Assembly (NCBI GenBank): GCA_964595755.1
Contig: CAZQQZ010000002.1
Span: 1 to 37,817 of the forward strand
Source of the DNA: an uncultured Candidatus Saccharibacteria bacterium
GTDB lineage: Bacteria; Patescibacteriota; WWE3; CAZQQZ01
Direction: 5' to 3'
Length of the DNA: 37,817 bases
Shown here one piece after another: positions 7,999-15,275 of this stretch (position 1 is the stretch's first letter; every line of letters begins with the position of its first letter). Under the pieces are notes generated by a model. The model saw only the letters and a program-made list of their open reading frames with translations. It searched no databases and had not been told where the DNA came from. A program made the translations under genes and the position numbers.

Positions 7999-9024
7999 CT
8001 ATTTTAAGATTGAAGGATAATCAAGGTGCATTGCTCGACGAACATTTTCCACGGTATTTTTTGCAATCTCTCGCGCGTATTTTGTGCCATCAGAAAGATA
8101 TTTCCCCAAAGGCAATTTTTCCGCTTCTTTTCTTCGTTCCCTAATGGGGGAGAGAAATTCGTTAAGGCTTTTTGCAAGATCCGACTTACATTCGACACAC
8201 CCAAGCTCTCCGCTTCGGCAACGGGAAGCTCTATCCTCAAGAGTTCCTAAATCCCCAAAGACCTGATGATAATAATATGCCGGGCAATTTTCGGGATGTC
8301 CCGGGTCGCCTTTTCTAGGTTTTGTCGGGTCAGTATACATTGAGCGAGCTTTTTCGTTAACAACTTCTTCTGAATCACTTAAAAAAATCGCGTTACCTAA
8401 GGATTTACTCATCTTTTCCGCCCCATCAATCCCCGGTAACCTAGAAAAATGACTTAATTTGGGTTTACACTCCAAGAACAATTCCCCGTATTTTTTGTTA
8501 AAAGCGCGCGCCACCCGATTGGTTTCTTCAAGATGGGGAACTTGATCCGCTCCCACCGGAACTAGGAGTTCATCCTTTTCCTTAAAAGGTATCGGGGAAC
8601 AGAAAAGAATATCCGCCGCCTGACTAATAGGATAAATCATAAAACCAGCAGTAGGGGAGAATTTAAGGGTTAAACGCTCTGCTTTAATAGTTGGGTTTCT
8701 TTCAAGTTCCGAAAAAGGAACTAGCATAGTAAAGTAGTTTAGTAGCTCAGAAAGTTCGGGGATGCCGCTTTGGAGGATAAAGTGTACGTTTTCACGGCGT
8801 GGGTCAAGTCCTGCGGCAAAAAAATCAAGAAGAACCTCCCTAACAGAATTTTCAATTAATTCGGGGCTGTCCGCGTGAGTAGTTAAGGCCTGAAGATCGG
8901 CAATCATAAAAAAACACTCATAATCTTTCTGAAGTTCCGCCCACATCTTTAACGCCCCCGCGTAATGCCCTAGGTGTAGAGGACCCGTCGGCCGAATTCC
9001 AGTTAAAATTCTTTTTACTGCCAT
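7999..9024 (-). CDS. trpS: tryptophan--tRNA ligase
   Basis: This is a 341-aa ORF with GIRPTGPLHLGHYAG (HIGH region) and KMSKS present. Confidence 0.93.
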   Translation of the reverse strand: MAVKRILTGIRPTGPLHLGHYAGALKMWAELQKDYECFFMIADLQALTTHADSPELIENSVREVLLDFFAAGLDPRRENVHFILQSGIPELSELLNYFTMLVPFSELERNPTIKAERLTLKFSPTAGFMIYPISQAADILFCSPIPFKEKDELLVPVGADQVPHLEETNRVARAFNKKYGELFLECKPKLSHFSRLPGIDGAEKMSKSLGNAIFLSDSEEVVNEKARSMYTDPTKPRKGDPGHPENCPAYYYHQVFGDLGTLEDRASRCRSGELGCVECKSDLAKSLNEFLSPIRERRKEAEKLPLGKYLSDGTKYAREIAKNTVENVRRAMHLDYPSILK

Positions 9025-9054
9025 TGGCTTCTACTCTACAACAGAAGAGGAAGC

Positions 9055-9083
9055 TTGACAAGTTGGTACAGTTCGCGTACGGT
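9055..9083 (+). promoter_or_regulatory. putative promoter of the tRNA-like RNA unit
   Basis: It consists of TTGACA (9055..9060), a 17-nt spacer and TACGGT (9078..9083). It lies about 10 nt upstream of the first tRNA-like module. Confidence 0.45.
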
Positions 9084-9093
9084 AGAGGGTAAG

Positions 9094-9183
9094 GGAGACG
9101 TGTCTCAATGGGGACGCCTCATGGGAAGACACCCACGCGCCGTAAACGCGAGAGGGGTGAAGGTTCAAGTCCTTCCGTCTCCA
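9094..9183 (+). tRNA. non-canonical tRNA-like module presenting GUA (Tyr-type) in an anticodon-like loop
   Basis: It has a 7-bp acceptor (GGAGACG/CGTCTCC), a T arm (GAAGG-TTCAAGT-CCTTC), discriminator A, and the hairpin (A)CGCG-CCGTAAA-CGCG(A). About 31 nt (helix TGTCT/AGACA plus hairpin ATGGGG-ACG-CCTCAT) replace a normal D arm, and C sits where U33 should be. A second possible 5' acceptor strand, GGGGACG, starts at 9110. CCA is not encoded. Confidence 0.5.
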
Positions 9184-9184
9184 C

Positions 9185-9276
9185 TTGGGCGGGCGCGCGA
9201 ATAAAAAGGCAACGAGGAGGCAAACTTCGAGGCTCTCGCATTCGAGAGGGGAAAAAACGCCCCCGCGCCCGCCCAA
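9185..9276 (+). ncRNA. 92-nt GC-rich hairpin element between the two tRNA-like modules (unknown class)
   Basis: A perfect 13-bp closing helix (TTGGGCGGGCGCG at 9185..9197 with CGCGCCCGCCCAA at 9264..9276) encloses the inner hairpin CTCTCG-CATT-CGAGAG. Confidence 0.4.
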
Positions 9277-9284
9277 ACTTAAAT

Positions 9285-9368
9285 TGGCACGTAGCTCAAT
9301 TTGGAAGAGCATCCCGCGACAGTATCACAAACCGGGAAAATGTGCGTTCAAGTCGCGCCGTGCCAACC
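9285..9368 (+). tRNA. non-canonical tRNA-like module with a 16-nt anticodon loop; no anticodon assignable
   Basis: It has a TGGCACG/CGTGCCA acceptor, a canonical D arm (TAGCTCAATTTGGAAGAGCA), the stem TCCCG/CGGGA and a T arm (GTGCG-TTCAAGT-CGCGC), followed by discriminator A and then CC. The loop between the anticodon-stem strands is CGACAGTATCACAAAC. Confidence 0.45.
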
Positions 9369-9371
9369 TAG

Positions 9372-9417
9372 AAAGGATCACAGACTTCGCGTCTTTGATC
9401 CTTTTTCTTTTCTTTTA
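9372..9417 (+). terminator. rho-independent terminator of the tRNA-like unit
   Basis: The stem-loop AAAGGATCA-C-AGAC TTCGC GTCT-T-TGATCCTTT is followed by TTCTTTTCTTTT. Confidence 0.8.
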
Positions 9418-9439
9418 ATTTTTGATGTAGAATAGACAT

Positions 9440-10660
9440 ATGAATGTTTACGACACCCTCAAAGAAAGGGGCTATATTCAAAAAACCTCGAATGATGACG
9501 GAATCAAGAAATTACTAGAAAACCCACCCGTCACAATTTATGAAGGCTTTGACCCAACCGCCAAAAGCCTTCACATCGGGCAACTTAGTAATATTATCGT
9601 CTTAAAATATCTTCAGGACGCCGGTCACAAAATTATATTTTTAGTTGGCGGGGGAACAGGACTAATAGGAGATCCGACGGATAAAGCCCAAACCCGACCG
9701 ATGCTTTCACTTGACGAATTAAATACTAACGCAGAAGCTTTAAAGAAACAGGCAGAAAAATTACTTTTGCGATTCGACGGCGAAAATCCCGCAATAATTT
9801 TAAATAACGCTGACTGGATAGCAAACGCCAATGTTAAAGATTACCTTAGAAATATTACTTCTAAAATAAGCGCAAACTTTTTACTCACCCTCGAAACTTT
9901 CAAAAAACGCCTTGTTGCCAACCAACACCTATCTTTAATGGAATTTTTATACCCATCTCTTCAAGCCTGGGACTATCTTCATTTATTTGAAAAATATAAC
10001 TGCAAACTCCAGGTTGGCGGCTCTGATCAGTGGGCGAATATTCTAACTGGCGTGAATCTTGTCCAATCAGTTCATCAAGAGGAAGTTTTTGCCCTCACCT
10101 GGCCCCTGGTTACCGACTCCGCGGGGGTTAAGATAGGCAAAACTTCAGAAGGGGAGAAGGTTTGGCTAGATCCTGAAATGTCGTCCGCTTTTGATTGCTA
10201 CCAATTTTTACAAAGCATAGACGACGCCTCCGTTGAAGACTTGCTGAAAAGGTTGACTTTTTTACCCTTAACAGAGATCGCTGAAATAATTAAAGATAAG
10301 AGGAAAGCGCAAAGAAGACTGGCGTATGAAGTTACGAAGCTCGTTCACGGAGAAGAAAAAGCAAAAGGAGCAGAAAATAAATCAGAATCCGTTTTCGGAA
10401 ATGAAGGTTCTCCTGATGTATCGATACATATTAAAGATTTGGGCTTAAGCGAAGATGGCCTGATAGAAGATCTCCTAATCAAGAGTCAAATAGTCACCTC
10501 AAAAAGCGAACTTAAAAGACTAATCGATCAAAAAGGAATTTCAATCAACGGCATTACCCTTACAAACCAAGACAAAAAACTTGCAGAATTTTTTGACGGG
10601 AAGGAATTTATCAAAATTCAAAAAGGCAAAAGGAAAGCAGTGCTTTTGAAAAAAGAATAG
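9440..10660 (+). CDS. tyrS: tyrosine--tRNA ligase with a C-terminal S4-like domain
   Basis: This is a 406-aa ORF with YEGFDPTAKSLHIGQL (HIGH-type) and KIGKTSEG (KMSKS-type) motifs. Confidence 0.93.
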   Translation: MNVYDTLKERGYIQKTSNDDGIKKLLENPPVTIYEGFDPTAKSLHIGQLSNIIVLKYLQDAGHKIIFLVGGGTGLIGDPTDKAQTRPMLSLDELNTNAEALKKQAEKLLLRFDGENPAIILNNADWIANANVKDYLRNITSKISANFLLTLETFKKRLVANQHLSLMEFLYPSLQAWDYLHLFEKYNCKLQVGGSDQWANILTGVNLVQSVHQEEVFALTWPLVTDSAGVKIGKTSEGEKVWLDPEMSSAFDCYQFLQSIDDASVEDLLKRLTFLPLTEIAEIIKDKRKAQRRLAYEVTKLVHGEEKAKGAENKSESVFGNEGSPDVSIHIKDLGLSEDGLIEDLLIKSQIVTSKSELKRLIDQKGISINGITLTNQDKKLAEFFDGKEFIKIQKGKRKAVLLKKE

Positions 10661-10666
10661 GAAATC

Positions 10667-11179
10667 ATGACCAAAAAACTTGCCCTCCTAACCGGTATAG
10701 CCTCCTTAACAATCGCCGGATCAACCGGAGCCCTTGTTTATGGCCTTTCTCAAAAAACCGCTAACACCAAAATTGCCGCCCGGGAAGAACGGCAGACAAT
10801 TCTTTTCTCGTGGCCGAAAGAAGCAAAGATTAAAGTAGGAGAAAGCTTGCTCATAAAAATTAATGCTAACACCTTTTCCCAAGAAACAAACGGGGGAGAG
10901 ATTGCCCTAAAATTTGATCCCCTGAAACTTGAATTTTTAAGGACCGATCCGGAAAATCCAAGTTTAAATTCTAAGGAAATCAACGAAAGGGGAGAAGTTC
11001 TAATGACATTAGAAAAAAGAATAAAAGGCGAAGATGAGCTCGCAAAACTGATTTTCTTAGGTAAAAGTGAAGGCAATTGCGAGATTTTTTTCTCGGAAAA
11101 CAGCAACCTTCCAGAAGTGGGTGGGGGAGGGAACACGATAAAAACAAAAATTGGGAGTGAGGTTGCTATTGAAAAATAA
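10667..11179 (+). CDS. membrane-anchored protein with a cohesin-like beta-sandwich domain
   Basis: This is a 170-aa ORF with an N-terminal TM segment (LALLTGIASLTIAGSTGALVYGL). The segment KVGESLLIKINANTF...NGGEIALKFDPLKLEFL resembles the cohesin pattern (G..f.v.v....v.g.d..l.yDp..L). This is a weak, by-eye call. Confidence 0.55.
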   Translation: MTKKLALLTGIASLTIAGSTGALVYGLSQKTANTKIAAREERQTILFSWPKEAKIKVGESLLIKINANTFSQETNGGEIALKFDPLKLEFLRTDPENPSLNSKEINERGEVLMTLEKRIKGEDELAKLIFLGKSEGNCEIFFSENSNLPEVGGGGNTIKTKIGSEVAIEK

Positions 11180-11235
11180 ATCGTAACGGTGGGGCCCGCG
11201 TCGCCGCGAGGCGCGTTTACCTCCGCCGCCAAAAA

Positions 11236-12048
11236 TCACTTCTGCAAATTTCCTCCCGAGAACAAAACATAATCAAACATTGACGGGGCCGCCGGCTGGC
11301 CAACGCTTACTTCCGCCTTCCTGATGGAACTTCCTTTTTTTCCGGTCGATGTAATTCGATAACCTTGACCAGGTAGATTCGCGGCGCTTACCCAAAAAGA
11401 AATGGCTCCGGTGTTATACATTGACCTTATTCTTAGGGCAACTGGCGTCTTACCAACCGGGGTAGCAAATGTTTGACCGTAACTGTAGGTCACCCCATCA
11501 TAAGAGCTTGACCCGATACTAGGAACGGCAAAACCATTATTAACCCGTCTAGAAGCATTCGGATCAACCGCGTATTTTATGATTTCATAATCTGTACCAT
11601 CAAGATAAAGCAAAGTTATCACCATCGCCGCGTCTTCCTCTGAATCAGCACTCCAATAAACTGTCCCTGAACCTGAACCGGCAACTAAATTTACTTGCTG
11701 AACCAAGTCACGATTAAGAAAAGAGACGAAGTTTCCTGTAGAGCCTGCCAAAGAAACGGTGTAGCTACAATCAGTAGCCACCCCATCCTCATCAATATCA
11801 CCCATATCATGATCTCCCATATGGGTAGAAAGATCAGCTACTGCTAAGGCGGTTTCTAAACCGGATTCCGCAAAGCTTAACGCCTGGGCCGATTGATAAG
11901 TTTGAGTAACTCGTCGTAAAGAAGAAGTTGCCCGAGTAGAGACAGCGAGACCGACGGACAGGGAAATGACCATTATCACCATCACTATTATTAGTGTTTG
12001 TCCGGATCTTCTCTTTAATTTTGATCTTTGATCTTTGATCTTTGACAT
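11236..12048 (-). CDS. PilX-like minor pilin/pilus assembly protein
   Basis: The tracked ORF is 11236..12129, but its first 27 codons overlap the upstream gene. The ATG at 12048 (MSKIKDQRSKLKRRSGQTLIIVMVIMVISLSVGLAV) gives a 4-nt gap instead. The hydrophobic N-terminus is PilX_N-like. Confidence 0.65.
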   Translation of the reverse strand: MSKIKDQRSKLKRRSGQTLIIVMVIMVISLSVGLAVSTRATSSLRRVTQTYQSAQALSFAESGLETALAVADLSTHMGDHDMGDIDEDGVATDCSYTVSLAGSTGNFVSFLNRDLVQQVNLVAGSGSGTVYWSADSEEDAAMVITLLYLDGTDYEIIKYAVDPNASRRVNNGFAVPSIGSSSYDGVTYSYGQTFATPVGKTPVALRIRSMYNTGAISFWVSAANLPGQGYRITSTGKKGSSIRKAEVSVGQPAAPSMFDYVLFSGGNLQK

Positions 12049-12052
12049 AATC

Positions 12053-12580
12053 TCAGTTGTACCCCCCTCTAACAACCACCGTCGTTTTAAGACTAGCCGT
12101 TCCCGTAAAGTCTTTCTTATCTGAAGCATTTTCCCCTTGCTGAACGTCTAATGTAATTGTAACAGTTTTTGGATCTGAGGAATATACATTGAACGTGCAA
12201 GCAACCACGCTTATGCCGCTAACCGGATTCTGATTCGTCATTGGCGTTTTTTCCGCTCCTTTGTAAAGATATCCATTCGCCCCATTTTCCGGCACCTGAA
12301 ACCCATAAATTATCGTAGTTCCTGTTTGCGGTTCTATCCAAATCTCATTACCATGAACAGAAACATCTTTCGCATTCCTAATCTGCTGTTCCAAGATAGA
12401 AAGGACGTAATTTCCGTTTTGCTCTAGCTCTGCCGTAACCTGAGTCTTATTATAAGAGCGGATTACAGAAGAAAAAATTACCCCCGAAACCGCTCCAAAA
12501 ATCCCGATTATCGAAATCGCGATCAGAACCTCAATCAGAGTAAACCCCAGTCTCTTTTTAGAAAAAAACTCGTGCGCCAT
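12053..12580 (-). CDS. prepilin-type N-terminal domain protein (minor pilin)
   Basis: This is a 175-aa ORF. It has KKRLGFTLIEVLIAISIIGIF, which carries the G/FTLIE prepilin cleavage motif with E5. Confidence 0.78.
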   Translation of the reverse strand: MAHEFFSKKRLGFTLIEVLIAISIIGIFGAVSGVIFSSVIRSYNKTQVTAELEQNGNYVLSILEQQIRNAKDVSVHGNEIWIEPQTGTTIIYGFQVPENGANGYLYKGAEKTPMTNQNPVSGISVVACTFNVYSSDPKTVTITLDVQQGENASDKKDFTGTASLKTTVVVRGGYN

Positions 12581-12590
12581 AGTCTTCTCC

Positions 12591-13019
12591 TCACTGCCAA
12601 TCAGTCAAAACCGTTTGCAAAGTAATCGGCTTGGGCGCGCCAAAAAAAACGTTGACTACTACTCTTTTGCCTGTTCCGAAGTTAGCAAAATCAACACAAC
12701 GCTTAAAAATTCCGGTTACCTCACAGTCGTTGTTTTGAGAAATTGACCAAGAATCACCACTCCAACTTAAAGCGTAGTGCGGCCCAGAAGTGGCTACCCC
12801 AATCGGCGTCCAACCAGCGTCTCGAATACTTCTGACTGCCTCAATTCCTTCAACCGCCATTTTTTCTGCTTTTATCCTGTCTCTTGCGGAACGGGATTCT
12901 TTAACGGCGATAACCGCCAAATTAACCAAGGCGCCAATAATAATCACCGCCACAGAAACTGCCAATAAAGTTTCTACAATTGATTGCCCTCGTCTATTTT
13001 TCATTGAAAATTTTGTCAT
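12591..13019 (-). CDS. pilin-like protein with a variant leader (RRGQ/SIVETLL)
   Basis: This is a 142-aa ORF with an alternative start at 13004 (MKNRRGQS...). It has Gly at -1, Glu at +5 and a hydrophobic helix. Both candidate ATGs lie inside CATTGAAAATT repeat units. Confidence 0.6.
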   Translation of the reverse strand: MTKFSMKNRRGQSIVETLLAVSVAVIIIGALVNLAVIAVKESRSARDRIKAEKMAVEGIEAVRSIRDAGWTPIGVATSGPHYALSWSGDSWSISQNNDCEVTGIFKRCVDFANFGTGKRVVVNVFFGAPKPITLQTVLTDWQ

Positions 13020-13060
13020 TGAAAATTCATTGAAAATTGAAAATTGTTAAATTGAAAATT
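13002..13060. repeat. AT-rich tandem repeats (CATTGAAAATT x3, then GAAAATT units)
   Basis: The sequence is cattgaaaatt ttgt cattgaaaatt cattgaaaatt gaaaatt gttaaatt gaaaatt. It spans an intercistronic gap in the pilin genes and the start of the ORF at 12591..13019. Confidence 0.6.
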
Positions 13061-13503
13061 TACTCGATCTTCCCCGCCGAATTTACCGTAATTGTTTTAA
13101 GCGTCTCAGAAGTGCCTTCATCAGAAAAATTTACAGTTATGGTATACTGACCATCAACCGGTAAACCAGTAAGCTTTGTAAAACGAGCAGTTTGAGAAGC
13201 GCTGGTCACCACAACCCCATTTACCATCGCCACTGAAGTACAAGATACACAAGGCAAAACACTACACTGACAAACCTGATAAGTACCCGAGTTTTGAGTA
13301 AGAACCAACCCCCAACCAACTCCGTCCACCGCATTGACCGATCGACTTTGAGCGCTTCGCAAGTCGTCTCTTAACTTAAGCCAAGCTTGTTTCAAATTCT
13401 GATTCTTCGAGAAAGTCGAAAACTGCGGGATCATTATCGCGGACAAGATCCCAATCATCGCAATAACCACGATCAATTCAATCAATGTAAAACCAGTCTT
13501 CAT
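13060..13503 (-). CDS. type IV pilin-like protein (GspH/FimT-like minor pilin)
   Basis: This is a 147-aa ORF beginning MKTGFTLIELIVVIAMIGIL. Confidence 0.8.
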   Translation of the reverse strand: MKTGFTLIELIVVIAMIGILSAIMIPQFSTFSKNQNLKQAWLKLRDDLRSAQSRSVNAVDGVGWGLVLTQNSGTYQVCQCSVLPCVSCTSVAMVNGVVVTSASQTARFTKLTGLPVDGQYTITVNFSDEGTSETLKTITVNSAGKIE

Positions 13504-13521
13504 ATTATGCTTCCCAAATTG

Positions 13522-13890
13522 CTAAAAAGGATTATGGACACAGTAACTTCCACTTGGCTCCAAAGTGGCGCAAAGATCATAACCTGCTCCCGAACCGGTT
13601 TGAGTGTAACTGTAAGCTACCGCTGTTTTTGGATCCACCGGAACTGTCGTCAGATAACCAGTCCAGGTACCGGAAGGAATACTTGCCGGATAAAGATTTT
13701 GATCGCTATAGTACATTTCCAAAGCTGACTGAATCACCCCAAGGTCCGCCTTTCTGGCGGCGTTTCTCGCCCGACCTTGAAGATAACCGGGATTCAAAAT
13801 TCCAATTAAAATTCCCGATAGAATTCCAATTACAGAAATTACGACGAGCAGTTCTATTAAAGTAAACGCTGAGCGAATTTTAGTAGTCAT
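13522..13890 (-). CDS. type IV pilin
   Basis: The tracked ORF is 13522..13902. The ATG at 13890 (MTTKIRSAFTLIELLVVISVIGIL) avoids overlap with the upstream stop. It has an EMYYSDQNLYP motif and a C-terminal Cys pair. Confidence 0.8.
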   Translation of the reverse strand: MTTKIRSAFTLIELLVVISVIGILSGILIGILNPGYLQGRARNAARKADLGVIQSALEMYYSDQNLYPASIPSGTWTGYLTTVPVDPKTAVAYSYTQTGSGAGYDLCATLEPSGSYCVHNPF

Positions 13891-13892
13891 AA

Positions 13893-14315
13893 TTACGGGC
13901 AATTGGTAACATTTGAACTGATAATATTACTCGAATAACCGGCGGGACGATTAGAAACATACTTAAGATAAGTTCTACCGCATTGAGAACATTGGGTATA
14001 AACGCAAAACTTAACACTGCTGGTGTCAGATCCAAGCACGTAAGTATTTCCAGTTCTCGGCACATCGACCGGCCAAGTAGAATTTTTAAGATAAGGCGTC
14101 AAAAGAGAAGTAGACGTTGGGTATGAACCGATCTCCGCGTAATAAGATTCGGCGGCAGTACCAATATCACTCAAAACCGCGCTTCTACGGGCATCAAAGG
14201 CCCTTCCCTGAAAAAGACTAGGGTTTAAAATACTAATAAGCACCCCAGTTAAAATGCCAATTACCGAGATAACTATCAATAGTTCAATTAGGGTAAACCC
14301 TTTTTTAATTTTCAT
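13893..14315 (-). CDS. type IV pilin
   Basis: This is a 140-aa ORF beginning MKIKKGFTLIELLIVISVIGIL, with an ESYYAEIGSYP motif and C-terminal cysteines. Confidence 0.82.
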   Translation of the reverse strand: MKIKKGFTLIELLIVISVIGILTGVLISILNPSLFQGRAFDARRSAVLSDIGTAAESYYAEIGSYPTSTSLLTPYLKNSTWPVDVPRTGNTYVLGSDTSSVKFCVYTQCSQCGRTYLKYVSNRPAGYSSNIISSNVTNCP

Positions 14316-14392
14316 ATTTATTATATGTATTTCTTTGTATTTCCAAATGTTGTCTTTCTAACTACTCACTACCAATTACTAAGTACTCTATT

Positions 14393-14791
14393 TCAGCAAC
14401 CACTCGGCGCGTAATCCGCCTTTCCTGATTCAGAGGAGTACCTCCAGTAAGGAAAGGCTGGATACGGAGGAGCCTCAAGGAGGACCGAGACACAACCATC
14501 AGCCGCAAGAACAACCTCAGATATGGCCGTCTGCAAAAATCCTCCTTGGATAAGCTCACCCTGCTCATCACAGTACGTGTAGCTCTCGTTACTCTTTGTA
14601 AAGCAGGCTTCCATTGATAACACCAACTTACTAAGATCCTGCTTCTTCCGTGAATCCTTGGCTTCTTGAACATAACGCAACGGGTTTGTTGCGATAATAA
14701 CGGAAAAAACAACCCCAATCACTGCAATCACAACAAGCAGTTCGATTAAAGTGAATCCATTCTTAATTTTCTTGGCACTCGACTGATTCAT
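14393..14791 (-). CDS. type IV pilin
   Basis: This is a 132-aa ORF with KKIKNGFTLIELLVVIAVIGV, a C-terminal Cys pair and a WRYSS motif shared with the next pilin. Confidence 0.82.
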   Translation of the reverse strand: MNQSSAKKIKNGFTLIELLVVIAVIGVVFSVIIATNPLRYVQEAKDSRKKQDLSKLVLSMEACFTKSNESYTYCDEQGELIQGGFLQTAISEVVLAADGCVSVLLEAPPYPAFPYWRYSSESGKADYAPSGC

Positions 14792-14839
14792 AAACTCTCC
14801 CCGCCTTAAAAAGATAGTAAAACTAGACTAAACTAAATA

Positions 14840-15232
14840 TCAAGTTGCGGAACAAGCTGCTCTACCTGCGGCAGATGTATACCTCCAAAATCCACAACCA
14901 GTTCCACCGTTTTCTAGCGTGTAGGCAATGTTAACCCCATCGGTCCCTACCGCCGCCATGCTAAATGTAGTGTAGGAGCCAGTAGGATCTTGCTTTAGGT
15001 AACCATCAGTCACAAGTTCCGTAACTGAGTCACAAGTCGTGTTAACTGCAACATTTTTAACAATGCAAGCCTCTGCTGCAGCCGCAACGGTAGCCACTAT
15101 TTGCTTTTTGTTGGAATCCCTTGCGTCTTGAAGTCTTTTGGTTGGGTTGATGGAAACAATAACCGCTGCCATCATAACGCCGATAATTGCGATGACTACG
15201 AGAAGTTCAATAAGTGTAAAACCTTTTTTCAT
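14840..15232 (-). CDS. type IV pilin; candidate major pilin because of its strong SD
   Basis: The tracked ORF starts with GTG at 15241. The ATG at 15232 (MKKGFTLIELLVVIAIIGV) is preceded by AAAGGAGGTGA and an 8-nt spacer. There is a C-terminal Cys pair. Confidence 0.82.
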   Translation of the reverse strand: MKKGFTLIELLVVIAIIGVMMAAVIVSINPTKRLQDARDSNKKQIVATVAAAAEACIVKNVAVNTTCDSVTELVTDGYLKQDPTGSYTTFSMAAVGTDGVNIAYTLENGGTGCGFWRYTSAAGRAACSAT

Positions 15233-15275
15233 TACTTTCACCTCCTTTCAGGCAAGAGCTAAATGATTTTTTAGG

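Noticed and set aside
9031-9418. Tracked ORFs of 93, 87 and 77 aa (9031..9312 minus, 9108..9371 plus, 9185..9418 plus) in the trpS-tyrS spacer.
   Set aside because: They run through tRNA-like cloverleaf elements, a 13-bp GC helix and a terminator. Their Arg/Gly/Pro-rich translations are what GC-rich structured RNA produces. I see no start context.
9094-9439. A T-box riboswitch controlling tyrS.
   Set aside because: There is a terminator just before tyrS. However, I find no T-box consensus (GGUGGNACCGCG-type), no Stem I specifier architecture and no antiterminator alternative. The upstream RNA presents an anticodon (GUA) rather than a codon, and it looks like tRNA itself.
3069-12055. Alternative genetic code with UGA reassigned, as in some CPR lineages.
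   Set aside because: TGA terminates dinB (3069..3071), the minor pilin gene (12053..12055), rpmE and others at family-typical lengths. All housekeeping ORFs are intact under the standard code.
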